64,000 nt of DNA from Thermodesulfobacteriota bacterium (GTDB lineage Bacteria > Desulfobacterota > Desulfobulbia > Desulfobulbales > SURF-16). Shown here one piece after another: positions 32,835 through 42,262 of this stretch (position 1 is its first letter; each line of letters starts with the position of its first letter). The notes under the pieces are model-generated. The model made no database searches. It was not told the origin of the DNA and saw only the letters and a list, made by a program, of their open reading frames with translations. Position numbers and translations under genes: made by a program. The stretch spans positions 32,001-96,000 of the forward strand of contig JBFMAY010000003.1 in assembly GCA_040755455.1 (NCBI GenBank), given 5' to 3'.

Positions 32835-32885
32835 GGAGCCGTAACGAAATAGCTGTAAAGGGACAAGTGATTTCGTAACGGCTCC
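32835..32885. repeat. 16-bp inverted repeat with 19-nt spacer
   Basis: GGAGCCGTAACGAAAT ... ATTTCGTAACGGCTCC (1 mismatch). Confidence 0.65.
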
Positions 32886-33166
32886 CAAGAAACGGACAGG
32901 CATTGCTGTTTCAGTTGATAATTTTTAGCAAATGTGTTATTGAATCCTTCTTGCAGGGCTTGCATTTTCACCCGGCGTCTCTTCCGCCAACCCATGGAAG
33001 TGGCGCTATTTTTATGTAATCACCCTCTTCTCCAGTAAATTTCCAGGTGTTGACATAGTCTTCGCGGATAAATATGGCGTCGAAGTTCATCATGACACAG
33101 ATCGATTTTCAAAAAAATGAACGTTAATTTTTTAAGAAATTCAGATACAAGGCGAGGAAGCAAATC

Positions 33167-34213
33167 ATGATTTGTTGTGAATTGGTTGATAATGCTTCAG
33201 ACATGATACAGAGTATAGCCCCCGACGGTTCTTTCCTGTACGTCAACAACTCCTGGCTGACGGCCCTGGGCTATGGCCGCCAGGAGGTGCAGCGCCTCAA
33301 GGTTTTTGATGTTATCCACCCCGATGACCGGGATCATTGTTCCGAGGTCTTTCACAACCTGATGCAGGGAGAAAAAATCGAGCCCACCGAGGTGAAATTC
33401 CTGGCAAAAGACGGCAGGACCATCTTGCTTGAAGGAAATGTGACGTGTCACATGGAGGAGAGTCAGCCGATTTCCACCTTCGGGGTCTTCCGGGACATCA
33501 CCGATCGGAAAGAGCAGGAAACCCAGCTGAAAAGGGATGCGGAAAAAATCAAGCATTTTGCCTATGCCGTGGCCCATGATCTGAAAAATCCGGCCATCGC
33601 CCTGCATGGCATCACCCGGCTGCTGCATAACCGCTACGGCAAAATGTTTGATGACAAGGGGAAAAGCTATTGCTCCCAGGTGCTGCAATCCTCCCAGCTT
33701 TTATCAGAACTCGTTGAAAAACTGAATGTTTTTATCGAAACAAAGGAATTCACCATTGATAAAGAAACAGTTCATTTAAACAATATCTTCCGGATTCTGC
33801 GTGAAGAGTTCCAGGAAAAATTAAGGGAACGCCATATCACCCTGCAGGTCCCTGACCGTTTCCCGGCAATCACCGGGGATTGCCTCTCGCTGCTGAGGAT
33901 TTTTAGAAATCTCATCGACAACTCATTAAAATACGGAGGCCCGGCCCTGGACAGTATTGACATTGCCTTCCATGACTCGGAAACCCATCATATTCTCAAA
34001 TTCAGGGATAACGGCTGCGGCATCCATGCTGATAACCACCAGAAGCTCTTTGATTATTTTGAACGAAAGAAGATCAACAAGAGCATTTCCGGGGCCGGTC
34101 TCGGTCTTGCCATAGTCAAGGAGCTGGTTGAGCAGCATGGGGGCAAAGTCCTGCTGGAATCCGTTCCCGGCCAGGGAACGACCTTCACCATCACCATCGC
34201 GAAGCAGCTGTGA
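33167..34213 (+). CDS. Cytoplasmic PAS-domain histidine kinase
   Basis: PAS (IHPDD, RDITDRK), AHDLKNP, NLIDNSLKY, DNGCGI, GAGLGL. Confidence 0.92.
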   Translation: MICCELVDNASDMIQSIAPDGSFLYVNNSWLTALGYGRQEVQRLKVFDVIHPDDRDHCSEVFHNLMQGEKIEPTEVKFLAKDGRTILLEGNVTCHMEESQPISTFGVFRDITDRKEQETQLKRDAEKIKHFAYAVAHDLKNPAIALHGITRLLHNRYGKMFDDKGKSYCSQVLQSSQLLSELVEKLNVFIETKEFTIDKETVHLNNIFRILREEFQEKLRERHITLQVPDRFPAITGDCLSLLRIFRNLIDNSLKYGGPALDSIDIAFHDSETHHILKFRDNGCGIHADNHQKLFDYFERKKINKSISGAGLGLAIVKELVEQHGGKVLLESVPGQGTTFTITIAKQL

Positions 34214-34281
34214 TCTGCCGCTGCAAAAAAAAACGTGAGCAAATCAAGCTGCTTCCGGGGTCATGATTGCCAGGAGCTGCC

Positions 34282-34911
34282 ATGCCGGTCAAGATAGGAG
34301 TGCAGGGAGGACGAGGCAGTTTTAATGACCAGGCCGTCAATTTTTACCTTCAGACGCACCATGTCAGCCCCTGGGAGGTCGTTTATCTCCATACCACCGA
34401 AGCGGTCCTGCGGGCCTTAGCCGCCAAGGAAATTGATTACGGGCAATTCGCCCTTTACAACAGCCGCGGGGGTGTGGTCGAGGAAACCATGCAGGCGATC
34501 GGGCACCATCGCTTCCAGGTAGTTGACTGGTACTCCATACCGGTCATCCATCATCTCATGTGCCGGCAGGACGCGGACATCATCGGCATTGCCACCATCA
34601 TGACCCATCCCCAGGTCCTCAGCCAGTGCCGGGCAACTTTACGGGAAAGATACCCGCATCTTCGTCTGGCCCAGGGGGAGGGAGACATGATCGATCCCGC
34701 CCGGGTGGCCGCTGCCCTGCAAAATGGTGAAATTCCCCCTTCGGTTGCCACGCTGGGGTGTCAAGCAATCGCCAACGTTTACGGCTTGAAAATCATTGAC
34801 AGCGGCCTGCAGGATGGCGGGATCAACGAGACCACCTTTTTACTTGTTTCCGGGCCGGGGCCAGGTTGTCTGAAGTTGCAGAAAAAAAGGAACAGCGGGG
34901 CAGGAAAATAA
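34282..34911 (+). CDS. Stand-alone prephenate dehydratase domain protein
   Basis: QGGRGSF, NSRGG.V, THPQVLSQC, QD..NETTF; AGGAG RBS. Confidence 0.75.
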   Translation: MPVKIGVQGGRGSFNDQAVNFYLQTHHVSPWEVVYLHTTEAVLRALAAKEIDYGQFALYNSRGGVVEETMQAIGHHRFQVVDWYSIPVIHHLMCRQDADIIGIATIMTHPQVLSQCRATLRERYPHLRLAQGEGDMIDPARVAAALQNGEIPPSVATLGCQAIANVYGLKIIDSGLQDGGINETTFLLVSGPGPGCLKLQKKRNSGAGK

Positions 34912-34923
34912 GGGGGGAATTGC

Positions 34924-35310
34924 TTATTGCGCCAGGGGCATGACGCATTCAAGTAACTTGTTGATAACCACCGGCTTGGCGATGAAACCGTCCATGCCGG
35001 CCCTTTTACAATACTCTTCGGGATTGATCAAGGTACAGCCTGATATGGCGAAAATCGGCGTATATGACCGCTCATTCTCTTTTTCTCGCTGGCGGATGAT
35101 GCGCGTTGCCTGCAGACCATCCATTTCAGGCATCTCGATGTCCATGAGGATGGCATTAAAATCCTCATTCTCCCATTTTTCAATGGCATCTTTGCCGTTC
35201 ACCGCCTCTTCGCAGTCCAGATCATAGTATCTGAACAGATCTTTCAGAAAGGAGCGGATCAGGTATTGATCATCGACTATCAGAAATCGTTTCGGCATAA
35301 TAACGTACAT
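34924..35310 (-). CDS. Single-domain response regulator
   Basis: IVDD, LMDIEMPEMDG, AIS, KP. Confidence 0.92.
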   Translation of the reverse strand: MYVIMPKRFLIVDDQYLIRSFLKDLFRYYDLDCEEAVNGKDAIEKWENEDFNAILMDIEMPEMDGLQATRIIRQREKENERSYTPIFAISGCTLINPEEYCKRAGMDGFIAKPVVINKLLECVMPLAQ

Positions 35311-35350
35311 GAATTTCCGCCTTGCTGCATGGTAAAGGCTGCGATGTTTT

Positions 35351-35722
35351 TCATGCGGAATAACATCTTCTCGTCCCGATGATAACCTTGCTGATTTTCC
35401 AGTTCTTCCTGCTGTCGGACAGATGGTGCTTGGTGATGGCCACGATGGGTTCCGGGCTCACCTGCGGGGGATCGACAAAATCAGCAAACATGTCAGGTTC
35501 GTTCATCGCCTCGTTGATCTCCGGATCGGACAGCTCAATTTCCAGCAGGATATCCTCAATATTTCCGTCAAAGGATTGCGGCACATGGCTCTGAGCAGTC
35601 GAATACAGGTCACCTTTGCCTTCCATGCGCAGCAGATCAATGAGGAAACGTTGTCCTATTTCTTTTTCATCAACTATCATGATCTTCTTGTCCTCAGATT
35701 AAGGTGAATAATGCCTAACCAT
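35351..35722 (-). pseudogene. Degenerate receiver-like gene; possible pseudogene or pseudo-receiver (open frame 35351-35680)
   Basis: KKIMIVDE..ILLEIE..PIVAIT resembles the adjacent receiver; in-frame ATG at 35722 is interrupted by TAA at 35699-35701. Confidence 0.45.
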
Positions 35723-36003
35723 CTCATTTTCTTCCTCTTTATATGGAAGTTTCATGCCAGGGCCGCTTATGGCGCGAGAAATAGGAAAAAAGAGACCTCG
35801 GACACAAAAAAACAGCATTTTTACCGGCTGGAATCAACTTGGGTGGCTGTCGGCAATCATGCTACCCATGCAGGATATCATGACAGCTGCCGGGCCAATG
35901 GGGGGGGGAAAGCAGTGGATACCCATTTCATGGCAAGGGGCAGACGGGCAAAGGAAGGAATTATGGACAGCGCAATTTTTCCTGCGGGGCGAGGCGGGGC
36001 CGG

Positions 36004-37440
36004 TCAGTTGCCGTCCGGAGAAGACTGGGGCAAGGAGATGGCATTGTTGCGGATAAACTGACTGAGTGACTGGCGGGTGAGCCCGATCAGCCGGGCTGCG
36101 ATGCTGATATTGCCGCCGGACCTCCTCAGGGCCTCCTCGGCCAGCCGGCACCGCACCTCTTTCATGGATGGCAGCTCGTCACCGAAACAGACACTGGGTT
36201 CGCAGTCCGGCTTGCCTTTGCCGGTTTTTGCCTCACTGAGACCCATGTTGCCGGCAAACGACCCGAGACCCAGAACCGCCCCCTGCTGCCGGCTCACCGC
36301 ATCAAATATCATGGCCTTGAGCTCCCGGATATTGCCGGGAAAAGAATAAGTTGCCAGCAGGGTATACAGCTCGGCAGGCAAACTGAGCTGCTTTTTGCCG
36401 AACTCCGTTGCCGCGAGCGTAACGAAATGGGGGACAAGCAGCGGCAGATCATCAAGCCGGCTGCGCAAGGGCGGCAGATGCACATGATGGGCGTTCAGCC
36501 TGAAGTACAGGTCCTTCCTGAAGGTGCCGCCCAAGAGCATTTCCTCGATATTGCGGTTGGTGGCGACGATAATGCGGGCATCACTGGTCTGGGGGGTATC
36601 CGCCCCCAGCGGGTAAAATTCCTTCTCCTGCAGCAGACGCAGCAGCTTGACCTGCGATTTCAGGCTGAGGTCGCCGATTTCGTCAAGAAAAAGAGAGCCG
36701 GAGGCAGCCTTGATGATCTGCCCTTCCCTGCTGGTCGCCGCTCCGGTATAGGCCCCTCTGACATGGCCGAACAGGGTGTCGGCGAAAACGTCATCATCAA
36801 TGCCAGCCACGTTTACGGCAACAAAACGGCCGTCTCTGCCGCTTGCCCGGTGCACGGCCCGGGCGGCCAGCTCTTTGCCCACCCCTGTTTCGCCGCTGAT
36901 GAGCACCGGCTGGGCGCTGGGGCCTATCTGCTCAATGTAATGAAAGATGTTCAGAACTTCCCGGTTAGCGGTAATGGAGTCATAAAATAAATCAGGATTC
37001 CTGGGCAGGCTGTCCTGCTCCTTGCCGCGCAGGGCCTCATTTTCCCGGCGCAGCTCCCGCACCTCCATGGCGCTTCTGATGCATGCCAGCAGACGGCCCG
37101 TGCTGAGCGGCTTGGTGATATAGTCAAAGGCCCCTTTTTTCATGCAGCCCACCACCATGTCGACGGAGTCCGTGGCCGTGGCCATGATGACCGGCAGATG
37201 GGGATAATGGGAAACAATCTCCTGCAGCAGCTCGTCACCCCGCATATGGGGCATGGTGATATCAAGAAGCACCAGTGAGGCTTCGCCCTCATGAAGCCGG
37301 GGAAGCACCTCGCGGCTGTCGTTGATGGCAATGACATTGTTGTAGCCGTTGATGGTGAGGGTCCGGGCCACGGCCTTGGCAACCCCTTCATCGTCGTCCA
37401 CAAGGACAATCGGCCGGTCCGGATGGAGCAGTTCTTTCAT
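36004..37440 (-). CDS. Sigma54-dependent response regulator (NtrC family; REC-AAA+-HTH)
   Basis: VDDD, LLDITMP, GETGVGKE, GAYTGA, FLDEIG, FPGNIREL, Fis-type HTH; start MKELL with AGGAGG RBS. Confidence 0.93.
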   Translation of the reverse strand: MKELLHPDRPIVLVDDDEGVAKAVARTLTINGYNNVIAINDSREVLPRLHEGEASLVLLDITMPHMRGDELLQEIVSHYPHLPVIMATATDSVDMVVGCMKKGAFDYITKPLSTGRLLACIRSAMEVRELRRENEALRGKEQDSLPRNPDLFYDSITANREVLNIFHYIEQIGPSAQPVLISGETGVGKELAARAVHRASGRDGRFVAVNVAGIDDDVFADTLFGHVRGAYTGAATSREGQIIKAASGSLFLDEIGDLSLKSQVKLLRLLQEKEFYPLGADTPQTSDARIIVATNRNIEEMLLGGTFRKDLYFRLNAHHVHLPPLRSRLDDLPLLVPHFVTLAATEFGKKQLSLPAELYTLLATYSFPGNIRELKAMIFDAVSRQQGAVLGLGSFAGNMGLSEAKTGKGKPDCEPSVCFGDELPSMKEVRCRLAEEALRRSGGNISIAARLIGLTRQSLSQFIRNNAISLPQSSPDGN

Positions 37441-37496
37441 GTTCCCGGCAACCCTCCTGGTTTCATATCTCAACCTCCAACATTATAACACAAGTC

Positions 37497-39308
37497 TCAG
37501 GCAATGCGATCGGCAATTTCCACGGGAATGACCACCCTGAAGGTCGCCCCTTCGCCCTCGCTGCTTTCAATGTCCAGATGAAAATTCAATTCCCTGATGA
37601 GGCCGAGGGTGACCGAAAGGCCGAGCCCGGTGCCCTCCCCCACCTCCTTGGTAGTAAAAAAAGGCTCAAGGCAACGCTTCTGCACTTCCTGGTTCATGCC
37701 GATGCCGTTGTCCTTCACCTCGAGGATGATAACCTGGTTGGAGGTTGTTTCCGATTTGCTAAAGTGCAAGGCGGCAAGCTCATCGGCCGTGATATCCTTA
37801 TAGCTAAGCGAGACGGAGATCTTTTTTTCAAAGGCGGGGTCCCGCTGCTGCTTCTTTTCCACGGCGTAACGGGCATTTGACAGCAGATTGACGATGATCT
37901 GCTCGAATTTCTGGCTGTCGGTTCGCACCTGGGGCAGATCAGCGCTGACGAATTCGCTGTAGTCAATCATGTGCAGGCGGAACTGCTCCTTGAAAAAGCT
38001 CATGGCCTCCTGCAGCGGCCATTGCAGGCTGACCTTTTTCCAGTTACCGGACGACGCCCGGGAAAAGGAGCGCATGCTGTTGATGATGTTGGTTATTTTC
38101 TTGACGTGCGCCCGCATCTCACCGGCAGCTTCGGCGGCGGGGCTATGGGGATCATGTTTGTCAAAATAGCTTTTGCAGGTCTCGGCCCCGAGATTGATGA
38201 CGGTGAGCGGCTGATGAATCTCATGGCCGATGCCGGATGCCATCTCGCCCAGGGCGGTCAGTCTGCCGGCATGGGCGAGATGGGCCTGATGGGCGGCAAG
38301 ACTGTGTTCAATATTCTCCCGCAGGATTGCCGTGCCGATCAGGCTTGCCGCCGTTTTCAGGGCGTCAAGCTCCGGCGCCGGCCATTCCCTCTCGTGCAGG
38401 CAATCCTCAAAACCGATCAAGCCCCAGCAAGCCTCATTGACCATGATGGGGGCGACCGCAATTGATTTGATGTGATGGCGTAGCAGGAACGAGACGATAT
38501 CCTTCTCGGCAAAGGTGGCGACATTGCCGCATACCAGCTCGCCCCGCATGAAGGCCTGCCGCCAGCTGTCGAAATGATGCTCCCGGTAGGAGAGAGGTGA
38601 CGGCAGGGGTTCCTGGATCTCCGGCGGCGTTCCCTCGGCCGCGACCCAGCGGAATCGCGGGTTGATCAGCAGTTCGCCGCTGTCGTCCACATAATGCTGC
38701 ATGACGTGAATGCGGCTCATGCCCGTCACCATGCCCATCCTGCCCATCAGCTCCTCAATATAGTGCTGCCAGTCCCTGTTCAGCAGCAGTGCCCTGGCCA
38801 TGTCATTGACCGCGGCGAGAACCATGTCCCGCCTCAGCAGAATGGCCTCCAGCCGTTTACGCCGTGTGACATCGGTCTCAAGCTGACTGTTTCTTTCGTT
38901 CAGTTCCCTGAGCAGGCGCTTGTTTTCCTTGGTCAGCAGATATATTTCCCCTGCCTTGTGCAGCAGTTGCAGGAGTTCGGCCTCTTCCCAGGGCTTGATG
39001 ATATAATGGTATATTTTCCCCTTGTTGATTGAATCGAGAATGTCGGCGACATCGGTATAGGCGGTGAGAATGATGCGCACAGCGTCTGGTTCCAGGTCCT
39101 TGATCTTCCTGAGCAGCTCAACGCCGGTCATGCGGGGCATGCGCTGATCGGCCACCACAATGGCGATATCCGGCGTATTCTCAAAGATCTCCAGGGCCGC
39201 GGGTCCGGATTCGGCGGTAAAAATGGTGAAATAGCGCTTGAAGGCGATGGAAAAGTTGATCAGATTGGCCTTTTCATCATCCACATAAAGAATCTTCAGT
39301 TTATCCAA
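37497..39308 (-). CDS. Hybrid sensor kinase (REC-GAF-HisKA-HATPase)
   Basis: YVDDE, ADQRMP, GAF-like SIAVAPI..WGLIGF, HEIHQP, PFFTTK, GTGLGL. Confidence 0.9.
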   Translation of the reverse strand: MDKLKILYVDDEKANLINFSIAFKRYFTIFTAESGPAALEIFENTPDIAIVVADQRMPRMTGVELLRKIKDLEPDAVRIILTAYTDVADILDSINKGKIYHYIIKPWEEAELLQLLHKAGEIYLLTKENKRLLRELNERNSQLETDVTRRKRLEAILLRRDMVLAAVNDMARALLLNRDWQHYIEELMGRMGMVTGMSRIHVMQHYVDDSGELLINPRFRWVAAEGTPPEIQEPLPSPLSYREHHFDSWRQAFMRGELVCGNVATFAEKDIVSFLLRHHIKSIAVAPIMVNEACWGLIGFEDCLHEREWPAPELDALKTAASLIGTAILRENIEHSLAAHQAHLAHAGRLTALGEMASGIGHEIHQPLTVINLGAETCKSYFDKHDPHSPAAEAAGEMRAHVKKITNIINSMRSFSRASSGNWKKVSLQWPLQEAMSFFKEQFRLHMIDYSEFVSADLPQVRTDSQKFEQIIVNLLSNARYAVEKKQQRDPAFEKKISVSLSYKDITADELAALHFSKSETTSNQVIILEVKDNGIGMNQEVQKRCLEPFFTTKEVGEGTGLGLSVTLGLIRELNFHLDIESSEGEGATFRVVIPVEIADRIA

Positions 39309-39396
39309 AATATCCCCTCCACTGGCCGATGAGACGACATCGGCATTGCTCTGTGGTACAATTTTTATTTTTTAATAACAAATTGCCTTACAATTA

Positions 39397-41142
39397 TCAA
39401 CCCTCTCGCTCAGCCGGAAAGATGGGCGGGGAGAGAGGGAGAATCACTTCAAAAACCGTGCCCTGGCCGATCTTGCTTTCCACGTTGATCCTGCCGCTGT
39501 GCTGCTTGATGATATCATAGGATATGCCGAGCCCCAGCCCGCTTCCCCGGCCCACCTCCTTGGTGGTGAAAAAGGGGTCGAAGATCCGGTGGATAATGTC
39601 CTGTTCAATGCCGCAGCCGGTATCGGTAAAGCGCACATGGGCCTGGCCATCCTCCTGCCAGGTCCTGATGGTCAAGGTGCCCTTGCCGCTCATGGCCTGG
39701 GCGGCGTTCTGCATGATATTGAGGAAAACCTGGCTGATCCGGCCGGCAAGACAGGTCACCGGCTCAAGCTTGTCGAATTCCTTTCTGATCTCGACCCCTT
39801 TCAGCAGTTTGCCGTCAATAAAGGGGATGGTGGAATCGATGATACTATGGATATCAGCTGGCTGGAACTTCTCCGCCCCCTGCCTGGTGAAGATCTTCAG
39901 GTCCTTGATGATGCGGGTGGTGCGCGTCGTCCCTTCCTCGATATTGGCCAGCAGCTGCTCAAAGGTGGCAAAAAGCCCGGCAAAATCAAGGTCGTTTTTC
40001 AGGGAGCGGATCGCTGTGATATTTCTGTCACGATCATCCGCGTCCCGCACCTGCTCAAGCTCCTCGTAACTTGCCAGCAGCTCCTTGAGATCCCCCAGCA
40101 ATCTTTTGACCGAGGGCAGGGCCCCGGAAATAAAATTGACGCTGTTGTTGATCTCATGGGCCACCCCGGCCACCATCTGCCCCATGGCCGCCATTTTTTC
40201 CGACTGGATCAGCTGCTGCTGCGCCTCCTGCAGTTTCACCAGGGTCTGCGAAAGTTTCAGGTTGGCGCTCTCCAACTGGAGCTGGCGGTCGGAAAGCTCC
40301 TTGGTCCGATCGGCAACCTTCACCTCAAGTCCGTCCTTGAGTTCCTTGATGGTCTCAAAGGACCGCTCCAGCTCCTGGAGCATGCCGCCGTAGGTCTCGG
40401 AAAGAAGACTGAGATCATCGCCCACCCCGGCTCCCCCGGTGTTTTCCTTGACCTTTTTCAGGATGGCGCTGAGCGGTCTGGTCATCCGGCGGACCACAAC
40501 AAAGGACATGGCGATGCCCAGGCTGAGAAAGATGACGACAATGGCGCCGGTGTTAACCAGGATTTGCCGGACCCCTGCACTGAAAGACTGCTTTGAGATG
40601 ACCAGGGCCGCATAACCGATCAGTTCCCGCGCCGGAGGTTCATCCTCCATCTCGAAAAAAAGGGCTTCATCATTGCCGGTGGCCGCATTGGAATAAATGG
40701 GCCACCAGAAGATGAAGCTGTTTTCCGTCTGCCAGTGCATCTCGCCGGCGGTCTGGACGTTGGTTAAGATAGCGGCCAGATACTGCGGATTATCCACAAG
40801 CCGGGACAGTGAATTTTCCTGTTTTTCCCGGCGGAAAAGCATGGCCCCGTCATTGTTGAAGATATCCGCCTCCACCACGTCTTCATGGCCCAGGATGGCA
40901 TTGACCGGCATGATGAAATCCTGCTCGTTTTCGGTAAAAACAGCAAGCCTGACCGACTGGGCCAGCAGTCTGACAAGCGCGAGTCCTTGTTTGATGTTCT
41001 CCCGTTCATAGGCCTTTTCCTGGAGCCTGATGAGCAGAAGGTCAAACAGCAAAGCCAGCACCAGGACGACCGCGATCAGCGTGATGCTGATCTTGGCAAT
41101 AAAACTTTCCCGAATCCTGTGAAACGGCCGCCACCTTTTCAT
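39397..41142 (-). CDS. Membrane sensor histidine kinase (2 TM, periplasmic domain)
   Basis: Two hydrophobic segments, QSEKMA, AHEINN, PFFTTK, GSGLGL; ATG overlaps the stop of the binding-protein gene. Confidence 0.92.
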   Translation of the reverse strand: MKRWRPFHRIRESFIAKISITLIAVVLVLALLFDLLLIRLQEKAYERENIKQGLALVRLLAQSVRLAVFTENEQDFIMPVNAILGHEDVVEADIFNNDGAMLFRREKQENSLSRLVDNPQYLAAILTNVQTAGEMHWQTENSFIFWWPIYSNAATGNDEALFFEMEDEPPARELIGYAALVISKQSFSAGVRQILVNTGAIVVIFLSLGIAMSFVVVRRMTRPLSAILKKVKENTGGAGVGDDLSLLSETYGGMLQELERSFETIKELKDGLEVKVADRTKELSDRQLQLESANLKLSQTLVKLQEAQQQLIQSEKMAAMGQMVAGVAHEINNSVNFISGALPSVKRLLGDLKELLASYEELEQVRDADDRDRNITAIRSLKNDLDFAGLFATFEQLLANIEEGTTRTTRIIKDLKIFTRQGAEKFQPADIHSIIDSTIPFIDGKLLKGVEIRKEFDKLEPVTCLAGRISQVFLNIMQNAAQAMSGKGTLTIRTWQEDGQAHVRFTDTGCGIEQDIIHRIFDPFFTTKEVGRGSGLGLGISYDIIKQHSGRINVESKIGQGTVFEVILPLSPPIFPAEREG

Positions 41143-42050
41143 CGCGGCGTTTCTTCAGTGATGGGAAGCTGCAGTTTTCTGGCGGCCGTGGGATTGACAA
41201 TGGTTTTCACCCGGGAGATGTCCATGGGCGGCACGGTGCTCACCGGTGCGCCCAGCAGCAGGCGGGCCGCCATGCCAGCCGCCTGCTCGCCCATGGCCTC
41301 CAGGTCAAAGGTGACCGCCACGGCGGCCCCGCTTTTGAGATATTTTTCCGAAAAGGCCAGCACCGGCACCTTGTTGGTGAAGGAGAAGAGAAAGTAGCTC
41401 TCCAGGGTCTGCGGGTTGGTGACAATGAGATCGGGCAGCAGCCAGATGAGATCCGCCCGGCCGCGCAACTCCTCGAGCCGGGCCGGCACCTCCTTGGTGC
41501 TCTGGGCGTTTAAGGCGATAAATTCCAGATCAGGCCTGTCTTTTTTGGCCTGCTGGATATCCATGGCGCTGTGGGCCGTGTTGTAGATCACGCCGATGCG
41601 CCGCACGCTGGGCAGCAGCCGGGAAATCTCGGCAAACTGCAGTCTGGCCGGGATGTCCAGGTTGACGCCGGTGATATTGTCCCGGTCTTCGATGATGATA
41701 TCCGGGGCAACCACCAGGAGATAGATGACGGGTATCCGGGGGATGTCGCGGACAGCCAGCAGGGCATTGCGGCCCAGGGCCAGGATGAGATCCGGCCTGG
41801 TCTCCCGGATCTCCTGCTCAACGGCGGACTTGATCGGGCTTTGGCTGATATCAATTTCCCGGAAACGATAGGGCTCGATGGATTTGACCCCGCGGGCGGG
41901 CAGGAGATGGGCAAGTTTGTCGCTGAAGGCCCGGACCACCTGGGCCATGGGCGGTTCATCGGCGCTTTTCACCACCATAATCTCATAGGACAGGGCCGGG
42001 CGGGCCGCGGCGAGCACAATGAGCATGATGAGGATTAGCGTTTTTTTCAT
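41139..42050 (-). CDS. Periplasmic ABC-type substrate-binding protein (ABC_sub_bind-like); no permease nearby
   Basis: Signal peptide; PDLILALG, NITGV, RRIGVIYN, MGEQAA. Confidence 0.82.
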   Translation of the reverse strand: MKKTLILIMLIVLAAARPALSYEIMVVKSADEPPMAQVVRAFSDKLAHLLPARGVKSIEPYRFREIDISQSPIKSAVEQEIRETRPDLILALGRNALLAVRDIPRIPVIYLLVVAPDIIIEDRDNITGVNLDIPARLQFAEISRLLPSVRRIGVIYNTAHSAMDIQQAKKDRPDLEFIALNAQSTKEVPARLEELRGRADLIWLLPDLIVTNPQTLESYFLFSFTNKVPVLAFSEKYLKSGAAVAVTFDLEAMGEQAAGMAARLLLGAPVSTVPPMDISRVKTIVNPTAARKLQLPITEETPR

Positions 42051-42128
42051 AGGTGGGCGATATGTTTTTACCTGACAGATTAACCGGTCTTTTTTGCAAC
42101 TGCAACCCCGCTACGCTGTGAAAACATT

Positions 42129-42143
42129 TCAATTAGTATGCCA
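42129..42143 (-). promoter_or_regulatory. Candidate sigma54 promoter for the binding protein-kinase operon
   Basis: Minus strand TGGCAT-ACTAA-TTGA against consensus TGGCAC-N5-TTGC; IHF-like TATCAG just upstream. Confidence 0.4.
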
Positions 42144-42262
42144 TTTGACTGATATTACATAAATTATCATTGGACTTGACATGTTGTCGCATGGTAGCTT
42201 TTAATAACTGTATCATGAAGACGGGACACAGCTTTTTTTACTATAACATGTCCATAGAGCAA

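Noticed and set aside
35711..36061. 116-aa plus-strand ORF
   Set aside because: No motifs, overlaps the activator 3' end; more likely regulatory DNA
42150..42169. Fur-box-like dyad TGATA-N10-TATCA upstream of receptor 1
   Set aside because: Spacing is one base short and the core is poor; overlaps the IHF-like site in AT-rich DNA
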